Shown here one piece after another: positions 18,143 through 27,294 of a stretch of 64,000 nt of DNA (its first letter is position 1; each line of letters opens with the position of its first letter). Made by a program: the position numbers and the translations under genes. Origin of the DNA: Minisyncoccota bacterium (GTDB taxonomy: Bacteria; Patescibacteriota; Minisyncoccia; Phycocordibacterales; PALSA-1337). Below the pieces are notes generated by a model. It was given only the letters and a program-made list of their open reading frames with translations, ran no database searches and had not been told where the DNA came from. Location: the NCBI GenBank assembly GCA_017991475.1, contig JAGOQK010000002.1, positions 23,673 to 87,672 of the forward strand, given 5' to 3'.

Positions 18143-18625
18143 GTGCCTTTTACTATCATGTCCACCGAAACTCAATATCTTACGAACGAAAAGTTCGCGG
18201 AGCTTACGAAAGAACTGGAAAATCTCAAGTCTATTCGTCGCAAGGAAGTTGCTGAACAGCTCGAATACGCAAAGAGGCTCGGTGATCTCTCTGAGAATGC
18301 TGAGTATCATCAGGCCCGCGAGGAGCAGGCTCTCGTCGAGGATCGTATCAGTCGTCTTGAGAATCTCCTCAAGAATGCTGTCATATCAGCAAAAGGAGGC
18401 AGCGATGTTGTGATTGTGGGGTCTACAGTGCGATTGACGAAGGAAGGTGACAACAAATCATACCTCTATACTCTGGTAGGGTCAGAGGAGGCGGATATGT
18501 CACAAGGCAAGGTTTCTAACATGTCACCACTCGGGTCCGCACTCCTCGGACACAAGGAGGGAGACAAAATTCAGGTTACGACCCCAAAGGGAGTTATCAA
18601 GTATCAGGTCGCTGCTGTAAAGTAA
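18143..18625 (+). CDS. greA: transcription elongation factor GreA
   Basis: N-terminal coiled coil with LGDLSENAEYHQAREEQ. C-terminal FKBP-like domain. Confidence 0.88.
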   Translation: MPFTIMSTETQYLTNEKFAELTKELENLKSIRRKEVAEQLEYAKRLGDLSENAEYHQAREEQALVEDRISRLENLLKNAVISAKGGSDVVIVGSTVRLTKEGDNKSYLYTLVGSEEADMSQGKVSNMSPLGSALLGHKEGDKIQVTTPKGVIKYQVAAVK

Positions 18626-18634
18626 TGAAAATCC

Positions 18635-20095
18635 ATGTCCTCACTCGAAGAACTTCGCTCAATACGACTCGGTAAACTCGACCTACTTAAGAAAGCGGGC
18701 ATGAACCCGTATCCAGTCTCTGTACCACGCGACTTCTGTCTCAAGGATGCGCGCGCGAATTTTTCAGAGTATGAAAAGTCTCAGAAAGAGGTTTCTCTGA
18801 GCGGCCGCATCATGGCTATTCGTGGACAAGGCGCCATTCTTTTCGTTGTACTCGATGATGGTAAGTCGACACTCCAGTCGGTCTTCAAGAAGGACACCCT
18901 CAAACCAGAATTATTCGAACTTTTTGCAAATGCGATAGATATTGGTGACATCATCAGTGTCACAGGAACTTTCTTCACCACCAACAGGGGAGAGCAGAGC
19001 ATTCTCGTCACTTCGTGGACTATCGCTTCCAAGTCACTCCTTCCTCTTCCAGAGAAGTGGCACGGTATCACCGATCCTGATGAGCGTTTCCGCAAGAGAT
19101 ATCTCGACTTACTCATGACTCCCGAACTCCGAGTGATGTTTGAGAAGAAATCTCAATTTTGGGATGTAACTCGTAGATTTATGAAGGAACACGGATTTCT
19201 CGAGGTTGAAACTCCAACTTTGGAAACGACGACCGGTGGTGCAGAAGCTACTCCATTTGCAACACATCACAATGATTTTGATTTACCTGTATACCTTCGT
19301 ATTTCAGTGGGTGAGCTTTGGCAGAAGAGACTTATGGCTGCCGGTTTTCAGAAAACATTTGAAATTGGTCGAACATATCGTAACGAAGGTACAAGTCCTG
19401 AGCATGCCCAAGAATTTACCAATATGGAGTTTTATTGGGCGTATGCAAACTATGAGGATGGCATGAAGCTATCTCAGGAACTGTATCGAACACTAGCCAA
19501 GGAGGTCTTCGGAACTACAAAATTTACTACAAGGGGTCACACATTTGATCTGGCGGACGAATGGGTACAAATTGACTACACTGACGAAATCAAGAAACAG
19601 ACTGGTCTAGATATTTCTACTGCATCTGAAAAGGATATGATGAATAAACTTGATGCACTAAACATGAAATATGAGGGAACAAATCGTGAGCGTTTAACAG
19701 ATACTCTCTGGAAGTATTGCCGTAAGAATATTTCCGGACCAGCATTCCTCATCAATCACCCAGTATTGGTTGCTCCGCTAGCAAAGATGGTTCCTGGTAA
19801 AAGTAGTGTAGTTCAAATGTTTCAACCGATCATTGCGGGTAGCGAGGTGGGCAGAGGGTATTCAGAGCTCAATGACCCCATTGATCAGAAGCAACGTTTT
19901 GAAGGGCAGCAAAAATTGATTGAAACTGGTGATACTGAGGCAATGATGTCTGATATGGAATTTGTCGAGATGCTCGAACATGGTATGCCGCCGACATGTG
20001 GTTTCGGGTTTGGCGAAAGACTTTTCAGTTTTATGGTGGATAAACCACTTCGTGAGACGCAGATGTTCCCGCTCATGAGGCCGAAAAGCAAGTAA
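18635..20095 (+). CDS. lysS: lysyl-tRNA synthetase (class II)
   Basis: OB-fold N-terminus. Class II motifs (…FEIGRTYRNEG… / …GSEVGRGYSELNDP… / …GFGFGERL…). Confidence 0.9.
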   Translation: MSSLEELRSIRLGKLDLLKKAGMNPYPVSVPRDFCLKDARANFSEYEKSQKEVSLSGRIMAIRGQGAILFVVLDDGKSTLQSVFKKDTLKPELFELFANAIDIGDIISVTGTFFTTNRGEQSILVTSWTIASKSLLPLPEKWHGITDPDERFRKRYLDLLMTPELRVMFEKKSQFWDVTRRFMKEHGFLEVETPTLETTTGGAEATPFATHHNDFDLPVYLRISVGELWQKRLMAAGFQKTFEIGRTYRNEGTSPEHAQEFTNMEFYWAYANYEDGMKLSQELYRTLAKEVFGTTKFTTRGHTFDLADEWVQIDYTDEIKKQTGLDISTASEKDMMNKLDALNMKYEGTNRERLTDTLWKYCRKNISGPAFLINHPVLVAPLAKMVPGKSSVVQMFQPIIAGSEVGRGYSELNDPIDQKQRFEGQQKLIETGDTEAMMSDMEFVEMLEHGMPPTCGFGFGERLFSFMVDKPLRETQMFPLMRPKSK

Positions 20096-20189
20096 AAAGG
20101 TAAAATTCAAAAGGCAAAATTAAGCGCATTGTCACTTTTGACTTTTGAATTGAACTTTTGATTTTTTAATTTTAACTTTTAAATTTTCC

Positions 20190-20414
20190 ATGAACTTCTT
20201 CACAAAAATGCTCGTCAAGAAACAGCTCAAGGGTAAGATCCCTGAGGGAGAGATGGATAAGATGATAGATATGATCGAGAAGAACCCAGATTTCTTCAAG
20301 CAGATGGCTGCATCTATCCAGGAGAAGATGAAGTCTGGTATGTCACAGGAAGAGGCGGCGATGGCTGTTATGCAGCAAGATGGGGATCAGCTCAAGAAAA
20401 TGATGGGCCAGTAG
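20190..20414 (+). CDS. small hypothetical protein (Lys/Met/Glu-rich)
   Basis: ORF preceded by an AT-rich tract. No homology recognised. Confidence 0.35.
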   Translation: MNFFTKMLVKKQLKGKIPEGEMDKMIDMIEKNPDFFKQMAASIQEKMKSGMSQEEAAMAVMQQDGDQLKKMMGQ

Positions 20415-20421
20415 ACAAAAA

Positions 20422-20440
20422 GCGGGTGATGATCACCCGC
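20422..20440. terminator. bidirectional hairpin between convergent genes
   Basis: GCGGGTGA-tga-TCACCCGC. Confidence 0.5.
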
Positions 20441-20446
20441 CTGGAA

Positions 20447-20620
20447 TTATAGCTTCAAGTATGTCAGTGCAAGCGGCGTAACAATCATCGCACTCGCAAC
20501 AAGCATAAGTGCGATAGCAGTACGGCGGTACTCGCGCGAATTCTGGAATACCTGAAGGAACAGTAGCCCCATCGCTCCTGCAAACATGATAATAATTTTG
20601 ACCAAGAACGCATCTGGCAT
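20447..20620 (-). CDS. 57-aa small membrane protein
   Basis: AAGGAG RBS 7 nt upstream of ATG. Two hydrophobic helices (MPDAFLVKIIIMFAGAMGLLFLQVF...ALMLVASAMIVTPLAL). Below the ORF-track cutoff. Confidence 0.4.
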   Translation of the reverse strand: MPDAFLVKIIIMFAGAMGLLFLQVFQNSREYRRTAIALMLVASAMIVTPLALTYLKL

Positions 20621-20704
20621 AGTATTCTCCTTTCTTCTGAGTTAATAGTAGCATGTAACCCCAAAAACTTTGCAATTTTCAGTATAAACTGTAAACTTCT
20701 CCCT

Positions 20705-21829
20705 ATGTCACTCTCCATCGGCATCGTCGGCCTGCCCAATGTAGGCAAATCAACTCTTTTCAACGCTCTGACCAAGAAGAGTGTTCTTGTTGCAAACTAC
20801 CCATTTGCGACTATCGACCCCTCGGTCGGAGTTGTCGCTGTACCGGATGAACGTCTCCATAAGCTTGCGGAATTTTCAAAGACCCAGAAGACTGTTCCTG
20901 CAGTTGTTGAGTTCGTCGATATTGCCGGTCTCGTCAAGGGTGCATCTGACGGCGAAGGTCTCGGCAACCAATTCCTGACCAACATCCGTGAGACAGACGC
21001 GATCGCAGAAGTGGTGCGCATATTCGAGGATGACAACATCATCCATGTTGATGGCAAGATCAACCCGCTCAAGGATATCGAGGTCATCAATCTCGAGCTC
21101 ATTCTTGCTGATATGCAAACAGTAACCAAGAGACTGGCCAACCTCAACAAGGAGGTTCGTGCGGGTAAGAAGGAGGCCATCATAGAGGCTGGTCTCGTTG
21201 AAAGAATTAAAACAGCCCTTGAATCAGGAAAACTCGCTTCTACGGTCACTCCCGATGAATTTGAGGCGCCATTCCTGCAACATCTCCATCTTCTTACCTC
21301 AAAACCCTTTATGTATGTCCTGAATAAGAAGTCAGGTGGCAAGAATTTGGACGAGATCAACGACGATCGTTTCCAAGCACTTCTGAAATTCTTTGCTGAT
21401 ACCAATGCGAAGTATGTCATTGTCGACGCGGGTATCGAGCAAGAGCTCAAGGATATGGAAGGCCCTGACAAGGTAGAGATGCGTAAGGCATTCTTCGGAG
21501 ACAATATGTCAGTAGAGGCACTCGCGAAGTCTGACGGTATCGATAACCTCATCAAGAAGGGATACGAGCTTTTGAATTTGATTACATATTTTACAACAGG
21601 CGAGAAGGAGACTCGTGCATGGACTATCGGTCGTGGCTGGACAGCGCCCAAGGCTGGCACTGCTATCCATGGAGATTTCGAAGCAAAATTCATCCGAGCG
21701 GAAGTTATTGAGTGGAATAAACTCATCGAAGCTGGATCCTTTGGTGCTGCTCGTGAAAAAGGATGGCTCAGAACTGAAGGGAAGGAGTATGTGGTCAATG
21801 ATGGTGATGTGATGGAATTCAAGATTTAG
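20705..21829 (+). CDS. ychF: ribosome-binding ATPase YchF (Obg-family GTPase)
   Basis: G1 IGIVGLPNVGKSTLFNALT. TGS domain at the C-terminus. Confidence 0.92.
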   Translation: MSLSIGIVGLPNVGKSTLFNALTKKSVLVANYPFATIDPSVGVVAVPDERLHKLAEFSKTQKTVPAVVEFVDIAGLVKGASDGEGLGNQFLTNIRETDAIAEVVRIFEDDNIIHVDGKINPLKDIEVINLELILADMQTVTKRLANLNKEVRAGKKEAIIEAGLVERIKTALESGKLASTVTPDEFEAPFLQHLHLLTSKPFMYVLNKKSGGKNLDEINDDRFQALLKFFADTNAKYVIVDAGIEQELKDMEGPDKVEMRKAFFGDNMSVEALAKSDGIDNLIKKGYELLNLITYFTTGEKETRAWTIGRGWTAPKAGTAIHGDFEAKFIRAEVIEWNKLIEAGSFGAAREKGWLRTEGKEYVVNDGDVMEFKI

Positions 21830-21977
21830 CCCTATTTTAGCCACAATACCGCTCAACAGAGCCATATAATTATCCCCAAAAACTTGCTTTTTGGGGTCAT
21901 ATGTGCTATAATAGTAACAGGTTAGAGTTTCGTCAGTTTGGTAAATTTTGCACAAAAAAATCAACAAGGGATCATCA

Positions 21978-22263
21978 ATATGAGAAGCGTACCGGTCAAG
22001 TCCGCGATCGCCCATCGGAAATGGAATCGCGAACACAACAGTCATTCCTGCAAGCTTCACTTCACTGGTTTCAAACCAGAACGATTGTGGAGATTTGTCG
22101 GGTTAACAGTCCTCATCCTGGCCATCATTGTTCTCCTGGGAAAGGTAACTCAATGAGCAGTAAGCTACGTTCATCGAGCTGGCCACAACTCATCATCACT
22201 GTCATTATCGGAGCTGGCACTATCTGTGCCTTTATCTACGAGCTTCTCAAGATGATCAAGTGA
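21978..22263 (+). CDS. two tandem tiny membrane peptides (59 aa at 21978-22156 and 36 aa at 22153-22263)
   Basis: Each has one hydrophobic helix. AGGGA about 10 nt upstream of the first. Confidence 0.25.
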
Positions 22264-22276
22264 CACAGTTTTCAGA

Positions 22277-22310
22277 AACCGCATCCCTCACCGGACGCGG
22301 TTTTCTTTTT
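22277..22310 (+). terminator. intrinsic terminator
   Basis: AACCGCATCC-ctcacc-GGACGCGGTT followed by TTCTTTTT. Confidence 0.6.
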
Positions 22311-22332
22311 GTAAAAAGTGCCATTTTAAGCT

Positions 22333-25300
22333 ATGATTTTACCCATGAAGAAACCTCAATCGAAAGCGAAGCTGCTCGGCGCATATGACCACAAGAAGGT
22401 AGAAGCAAAGTGGCAGAAGCAGTGGGACAAAACCAAAGCATTCAAAGCTACCGAAGATCCCAAGAAGAAGAAATTCTTTGGCTTGATTGAGTTCCCATAC
22501 CCATCAGGAGATGGTCTCCATGTCGGACATATCCGCTCCAACACAGCCATGGATATCATTGCTCGCAAGAGGCGCCGTGAGGGATACGAGGTGTTGTACC
22601 CAATAGGTTGGGATGCATTCGGTCTGCCAACTGAGAACTACGCTATCAAGACTGGCATCCAGCCTGCCATCGTTACCAAAAAGAACACCGACACATTCCG
22701 TCGCCAGCTCAAGGCACTCGGATTCTCTTTTGATTGGTCACGCGAAATCAACACAACTGATCCGAAGTATTACCGCTGGACACAGTGGATCTTTTTACAG
22801 TTCCTGAAAAAGGGATTGGCATACAAGAAGAAGATGACGATCAACTGGTGTCCCAAGGATCTCATCGGTCTTGCGAACGAAGAGGTGGTCAATGGATGCT
22901 GTGAGCGTTGTGGAACTCCTGTCGAGAAGCGCGACAAGGAGCAGTGGATGCTGGCGATAACAAAGTATGCTGATCGCCTCGACAAGGATCTTGATACGGT
23001 TGATTTTCTCGACAGGATAAAGACACAGCAGAGAAATTGGATAGGGAAGAGTGAAGGAGCGGAGATTAAATTCGAAGTTCGAATATCGAGATCCGAAGCA
23101 AATTCAAAATTAGAAGTACAAATACCTAAAAGGGAGATTACCGTCTTCACGACTCGCCCAGATACCCTCTTTGGTGTGACCTACGTGGTGCTTGCTCCTG
23201 AACATAAGCTCGTGGGTGAATTAATATCCACGATAGAAAATGCTGCAGAAGTTCGTGACTATATTTCAAAGTCCAAGCAGGAGACAGATATCCAAAGAAC
23301 CGACGCCTCAAAAGAAAAGTCAGGCGTGCAACTCAAGGGCATCATGGCCGTCAATCCTGTGAATGGCGAGGAAATCCCAGTCTGGATCTCCGACTATGTG
23401 CTCGCAGACTATGGTACAGGAGCTGTTATGGCTGTTCCTGCACATGATGATCGCGATTTTGAGTTTGCCCAGAAGTACAATCTACCGATCAAGACTGTCA
23501 TCGAGCCTCTCATTGTCAAAGAAGACGGCACTGATGCAGTCAGGAAAGATGCACCCTATGTCGAGCGCAATGCAGCAGTGTGTATCATCAAGCATTGGTC
23601 GGAGGACAAGTATCTCATGTCATTCTACAAAGCCAACGGCTGGAAAGGCTTTGTCGTGGGCGGAATTGAGAATGGTGAGAGCGTCGCAGTTACCGGCACT
23701 CGTGAGATTCATGAGGAGACGGGATACAAAAATGCAAAGTTCGTTCGTGAGGTCGGTACTATTCACTCAAAGTTCTTCCACGCAGTAAAATCTGTGAACA
23801 GGTTCGCTCACTTCAAGGTCGCATATTTCGAACTCTCCGATGGAGATCGTGACGAAATGGCTGAAGAGGAAAAGAAGCTTCATGATGTGGTCTGGCTTTC
23901 TCCCCAAGAAGTCACCACAGCAGTCAATCGCGAAGATATCAAGATCGCTTGGGACTTCTTCAATGGAAAAATTTCATATACAGGAAATGGTCTGCTCACA
24001 AATTCCAACTCATTTGATGGTAAGGATTCAGAATCAGTCAAAAAGGAAATCACCGAGAAGGCGGGTGGCAAGTGGGTTACCACATTCAAGCTCCGTGACT
24101 GGGTGTTCTCTCGCCAGCGTTATTGGGGAGAGCCGATACCAGTCGTACATTGTGATGTATGCGGTGTAGTTCCTGTCCCTGAAAAAGATCTTCCCGTCAA
24201 ACTCCCGAAGGTCAAGAATTATAAGCCGACAGAGACCGGCGAGTCACCACTTGCTGCTATTGAGAAGTGGGTGAATACCACTTGTCCCAATTGTGTCGCG
24301 AATAAGAAGAAACCAAAGTACCTCATCTTCGATTTTGATGGAGTGCTCGGAAACACGTGGACTGAATCAAATGAGGTCAAGGTTGTTATGGGTGATTCGG
24401 CGACTGTAGAGGATGCAGCGGCAGTCACGATGAAACATTTTGATAAGAAGCCATCTACAGAACGCAACCATTCGCTAACGACTGAGCAGTTGCAGAAGAA
24501 GCAAGAATGGATTACTACATTCGGAAAACATCTTTCCGAAACGGATTTTGGTTTGTTCAAAGGCTTTATTGCTGAACTGAAGAAGATCAAGAATGCAAAG
24601 TTTGCAGTCGTCTCATCAGGTTCATCACAGTATGTACTTCCTGCACTCAAAAAATCGGGGATTAAGTTCACACACATTCTTGCCTACGAAGATCACTACT
24701 CGAAGGAGGAAAAGGTAGAAAAAGTCTGTAAGGACTGGGGTATCTCACCGAAGGATGCATATTATTTTACCGATACTAAGGCGGACATTCTTGAGCTTCA
24801 GGATTTGATGGGTCGCGAGCGCATGATTGGATGTGCCTGGGGATGGCATGGATATGAAAAACTAAACGAGCTTCTTCCTGAAAAAATGATCCTTAGGGAA
24901 TTCAAAGACGTTCGCAAAGTCCTCAATCTTGACTGTCTTGCAAAGCGCGAAACAGATACGATGCCAAACTGGGCAGGTTCGAGCTGGTACTATCTCCGCT
25001 ACACAGATCCCAAAAATTCGAAAGAGTTCGCATCAATAGACAATCTCAAGTACTGGACTCCTGTCGACTGGTACAACGGCGGCATGGAGCATACAACTTT
25101 GCACTTGCTCTACTCTCGCTTCTGGCACAAATTCTTGTTCGACCTCGGACTCGTTCCGACCAGTGAGCCGTATCAGAAGAGGACATCTCACGGCCTCATC
25201 CTTGCCGCAGGTGGCGAGAAGATGTCCAAGTCAAAGGGTAATGTCGTGAACCCTGACAGCATCATCGAGACTGTCGGTGCAGATAGTTTGCGCCTGTATG

Positions 25301-25890
25301 AGATGTTCATGGGTCCATTTGATCAGCCGATTGCATGGAATACAGATAATATTGCGGGAGTGCGACGCTTTATTGAGAGAGTGTGGAAGCTCCGTGAGAA
25401 AATTCAGATAGGCACGGCCTCATCTAGGGATGCACAGAAAACCATCCACAAAACGATCAAGAAAGTAACTGAGGATATCGAAGCCATGCGTTTCAATACT
25501 GCAATCAGTTCACTTATGATCGCGCTCAATGAGCTTGAAAAGGTGGAATCGGTGACGGTTGAAAATTTTGAAGCTCTGCTCCAGCTCCTCGCTCCGTTTG
25601 CTCCACACGTCACTGAGGAGCTCTGGGCGTCACTTGGGTACAAGGATTCTATTCATGCATCACCATGGCCCGTATATGACCCTGCACAGGCAGTCGATAG
25701 TGAGGTGACTATCATGATCCAAATCAATGGCAAGACTCGTGGTTCATTTACCGCACCTATCGATACCTCGAAAGAGGAGCTTGAAAAACTCGCCAAGGAT
25801 TCACCGGAAGGAAAAAAGTGGTTGGAAGGTAAGTCCATCTCTAAAGTTATTGTAGTACCGAACAAGTTGGTGAACATTGTAGTCTTATAG
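22333..25890 (+). CDS. leuS: leucyl-tRNA synthetase with two inserted extra domains (Nudix and HAD)
   Basis: HIGH (PYPSGDGLHVGH), the editing region, KMSKS and the C-terminal anticodon-binding region are all present in one 1185-aa frame. An extra Nudix box lies at about 23570-23960 (GGIENGESVAVTGTREIHEETGY). An extra HAD motif-I segment lies at about 24300-24940 (LIFDFDGVLG), between CPNC and AKRETDTM. Confidence 0.9.
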   Translation: MILPMKKPQSKAKLLGAYDHKKVEAKWQKQWDKTKAFKATEDPKKKKFFGLIEFPYPSGDGLHVGHIRSNTAMDIIARKRRREGYEVLYPIGWDAFGLPTENYAIKTGIQPAIVTKKNTDTFRRQLKALGFSFDWSREINTTDPKYYRWTQWIFLQFLKKGLAYKKKMTINWCPKDLIGLANEEVVNGCCERCGTPVEKRDKEQWMLAITKYADRLDKDLDTVDFLDRIKTQQRNWIGKSEGAEIKFEVRISRSEANSKLEVQIPKREITVFTTRPDTLFGVTYVVLAPEHKLVGELISTIENAAEVRDYISKSKQETDIQRTDASKEKSGVQLKGIMAVNPVNGEEIPVWISDYVLADYGTGAVMAVPAHDDRDFEFAQKYNLPIKTVIEPLIVKEDGTDAVRKDAPYVERNAAVCIIKHWSEDKYLMSFYKANGWKGFVVGGIENGESVAVTGTREIHEETGYKNAKFVREVGTIHSKFFHAVKSVNRFAHFKVAYFELSDGDRDEMAEEEKKLHDVVWLSPQEVTTAVNREDIKIAWDFFNGKISYTGNGLLTNSNSFDGKDSESVKKEITEKAGGKWVTTFKLRDWVFSRQRYWGEPIPVVHCDVCGVVPVPEKDLPVKLPKVKNYKPTETGESPLAAIEKWVNTTCPNCVANKKKPKYLIFDFDGVLGNTWTESNEVKVVMGDSATVEDAAAVTMKHFDKKPSTERNHSLTTEQLQKKQEWITTFGKHLSETDFGLFKGFIAELKKIKNAKFAVVSSGSSQYVLPALKKSGIKFTHILAYEDHYSKEEKVEKVCKDWGISPKDAYYFTDTKADILELQDLMGRERMIGCAWGWHGYEKLNELLPEKMILREFKDVRKVLNLDCLAKRETDTMPNWAGSSWYYLRYTDPKNSKEFASIDNLKYWTPVDWYNGGMEHTTLHLLYSRFWHKFLFDLGLVPTSEPYQKRTSHGLILAAGGEKMSKSKGNVVNPDSIIETVGADSLRLYEMFMGPFDQPIAWNTDNIAGVRRFIERVWKLREKIQIGTASSRDAQKTIHKTIKKVTEDIEAMRFNTAISSLMIALNELEKVESVTVENFEALLQLLAPFAPHVTEELWASLGYKDSIHASPWPVYDPAQAVDSEVTIMIQINGKTRGSFTAPIDTSKEELEKLAKDSPEGKKWLEGKSISKVIVVPNKLVNIVVL

Positions 25891-26007
25891 AAACCGAGCG
25901 TGACGACATGTGTGCTCTCACGCTACATCGCAGAACGGTTCGCGAAAGTGTAGTGTACAAATACAACGATGTAGCGTGAGAGCACACATGTCGTCACGCT
26001 CGGTTTC
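25890..26007 (+). repeat. palindromic intergenic element, copy B
   Basis: Perfect 41-bp inverted arms at 25890-25930 and 25967-26007. Core at 25931-25966 is CAGAACGGT-tcgcgaaagtgta-GTGTACAAATACAA. The left arm begins on the last base of the leuS stop codon. Confidence 0.85.
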
Positions 26008-26089
26008 GCTCTATTTGACCAGATTTCCAAGATATGGTAGTATGATTCTATCAAGCCTGGGCATAGGGGATTAGCATATCCCCACAAGA

Positions 26090-27181
26090 TTGACTTTATT
26101 ACAACCAAGTGCTACAAATAGTAGCAATTACTTATCAGCGAATTACATGGCAACTACAACCATTTCGTTCAAGCCCAAGCAAATCGTCAAGAGACTCCTC
26201 GCCTCACTTCCTGACCGTGCCCGTGATGTTATTCTCTATCGTTACGGACTCGGTGCAGACACACGCCGCATGACCCTCGATGGTATCGGCAAGAAGTACA
26301 GCATTACTCGTGAGCGCGTACGCCAAATCGAGAACTACGCTCTCGGAATGATCCGCAAATCAGATGAGTACAAGCTTGAAAAAGCCGTATTCTCTGAAAT
26401 CGAAAACCTCCTTCATGCATTTGGTGGTGTCGTCGTCGAAGATGATTTCCTCGGACATCTCACCAAAGACAAGAGTCTCCAGAACCATATCCATTTCCTC
26501 CTTGTGATCGGCGAACCGTTCACCAAGAAGAAGGAAGACGACGAATTCAGTCATCGCTGGCACGTCAACGAGGCTCTCGCCAACCAGGTCGAGGATGCTC
26601 TTCGCAAGCTCTATGCCAATCTCAACAATCAAGATCTCCTTCCTGAATCAGAGATCATCAACAAGTTCCTCAATCATCTTGAAGGCGTCTCTGAGCGCTA
26701 CAAGAACCAGGAGATTATGAAGCGCTGGCTTGCCCTCTCAAAGTCGATCGGCAAGAATGCCCTCGGCGACTGGGGTACCGCCAAGTCATCAAACATCAAG
26801 ACCAAGGGTATGCGTGATTATGCGTTCCTCGTTATCAGGAAACATGGTTCACCGATACACTTCCGTGATGTTGCAAAACAGATCACCTCTATGTTCAACA
26901 AGAAAGCCCATGTCGCAACGACGCACAATGAGCTCATCAAGGATCCTCGTTTCGTTCTCGTTGGCCGCGGTCTCTATGCTCTCGCTGAGTGGGGATACGC
27001 TCCCGGTATCGTCCGCGATGTCATCCGTCACGTGATCGAGAAGAATGGCCCAATGACCAAGGATGAGATCGTCACCAAAGTCATGAAGGAACGCTATGTG
27101 AAGGAAAACACTATCGCCGTCAATCTTCAGAATCCAAAGTATTTCAAGAAGGACAAGGAAGGTAAATATTCCGCAGCGTAA
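26090..27181 (+). CDS. sigma-70 region-4-like HTH fused to a C-terminal HARE-HTH-like domain
   Basis: Region 4-like segment: ...LPDRARDVILYRYGL...TLDGIGKKYSITRERVRQIENYAL. C-terminal winged-helix resembles the HARE-HTH of RNAP delta/restriction enzymes: DYAFLVIRKHGSPIHFRDVAKQI...KDPRFVLVGRGLYALAEWGY. The likely start is Met at 26147. Confidence 0.55.
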   Translation: MTLLQPSATNSSNYLSANYMATTTISFKPKQIVKRLLASLPDRARDVILYRYGLGADTRRMTLDGIGKKYSITRERVRQIENYALGMIRKSDEYKLEKAVFSEIENLLHAFGGVVVEDDFLGHLTKDKSLQNHIHFLLVIGEPFTKKKEDDEFSHRWHVNEALANQVEDALRKLYANLNNQDLLPESEIINKFLNHLEGVSERYKNQEIMKRWLALSKSIGKNALGDWGTAKSSNIKTKGMRDYAFLVIRKHGSPIHFRDVAKQITSMFNKKAHVATTHNELIKDPRFVLVGRGLYALAEWGYAPGIVRDVIRHVIEKNGPMTKDEIVTKVMKERYVKENTIAVNLQNPKYFKKDKEGKYSAA

Positions 27182-27294
27182 ATAATAGCAAGTTGCTTGG
27201 AAGAAGAGGTTATAATGACCTCTTTTTTCATGCATGAAGATCCTCATTGTTTTGCTGATTTTGGACTTTCCACATTATGTTGTAAACTTAGAGC

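Noticed and set aside
20797-21822. 341-aa minus-strand ORF antisense to ychF. Other long antisense frames include 48525-49358 in dnaK, 43675-44034 and 43340-43801 in rpoA, 10242-10808 in rseP, 13156-13752 and 13982-14800
   Set aside because: They fully overlap well-supported genes on the opposite strand, have Ser/Arg/Ala-rich low-complexity translations and match no family. These are typical shadow ORFs.
23570-24940. The LeuRS insertions as inteins
   Set aside because: Neither insertion has a Cys/Ser/Thr at the N-terminal junction nor a His-Asn plus Cys/Ser/Thr C-terminal junction. The inserts contain Nudix and HAD catalytic motifs rather than Hint/homing-endonuclease blocks.
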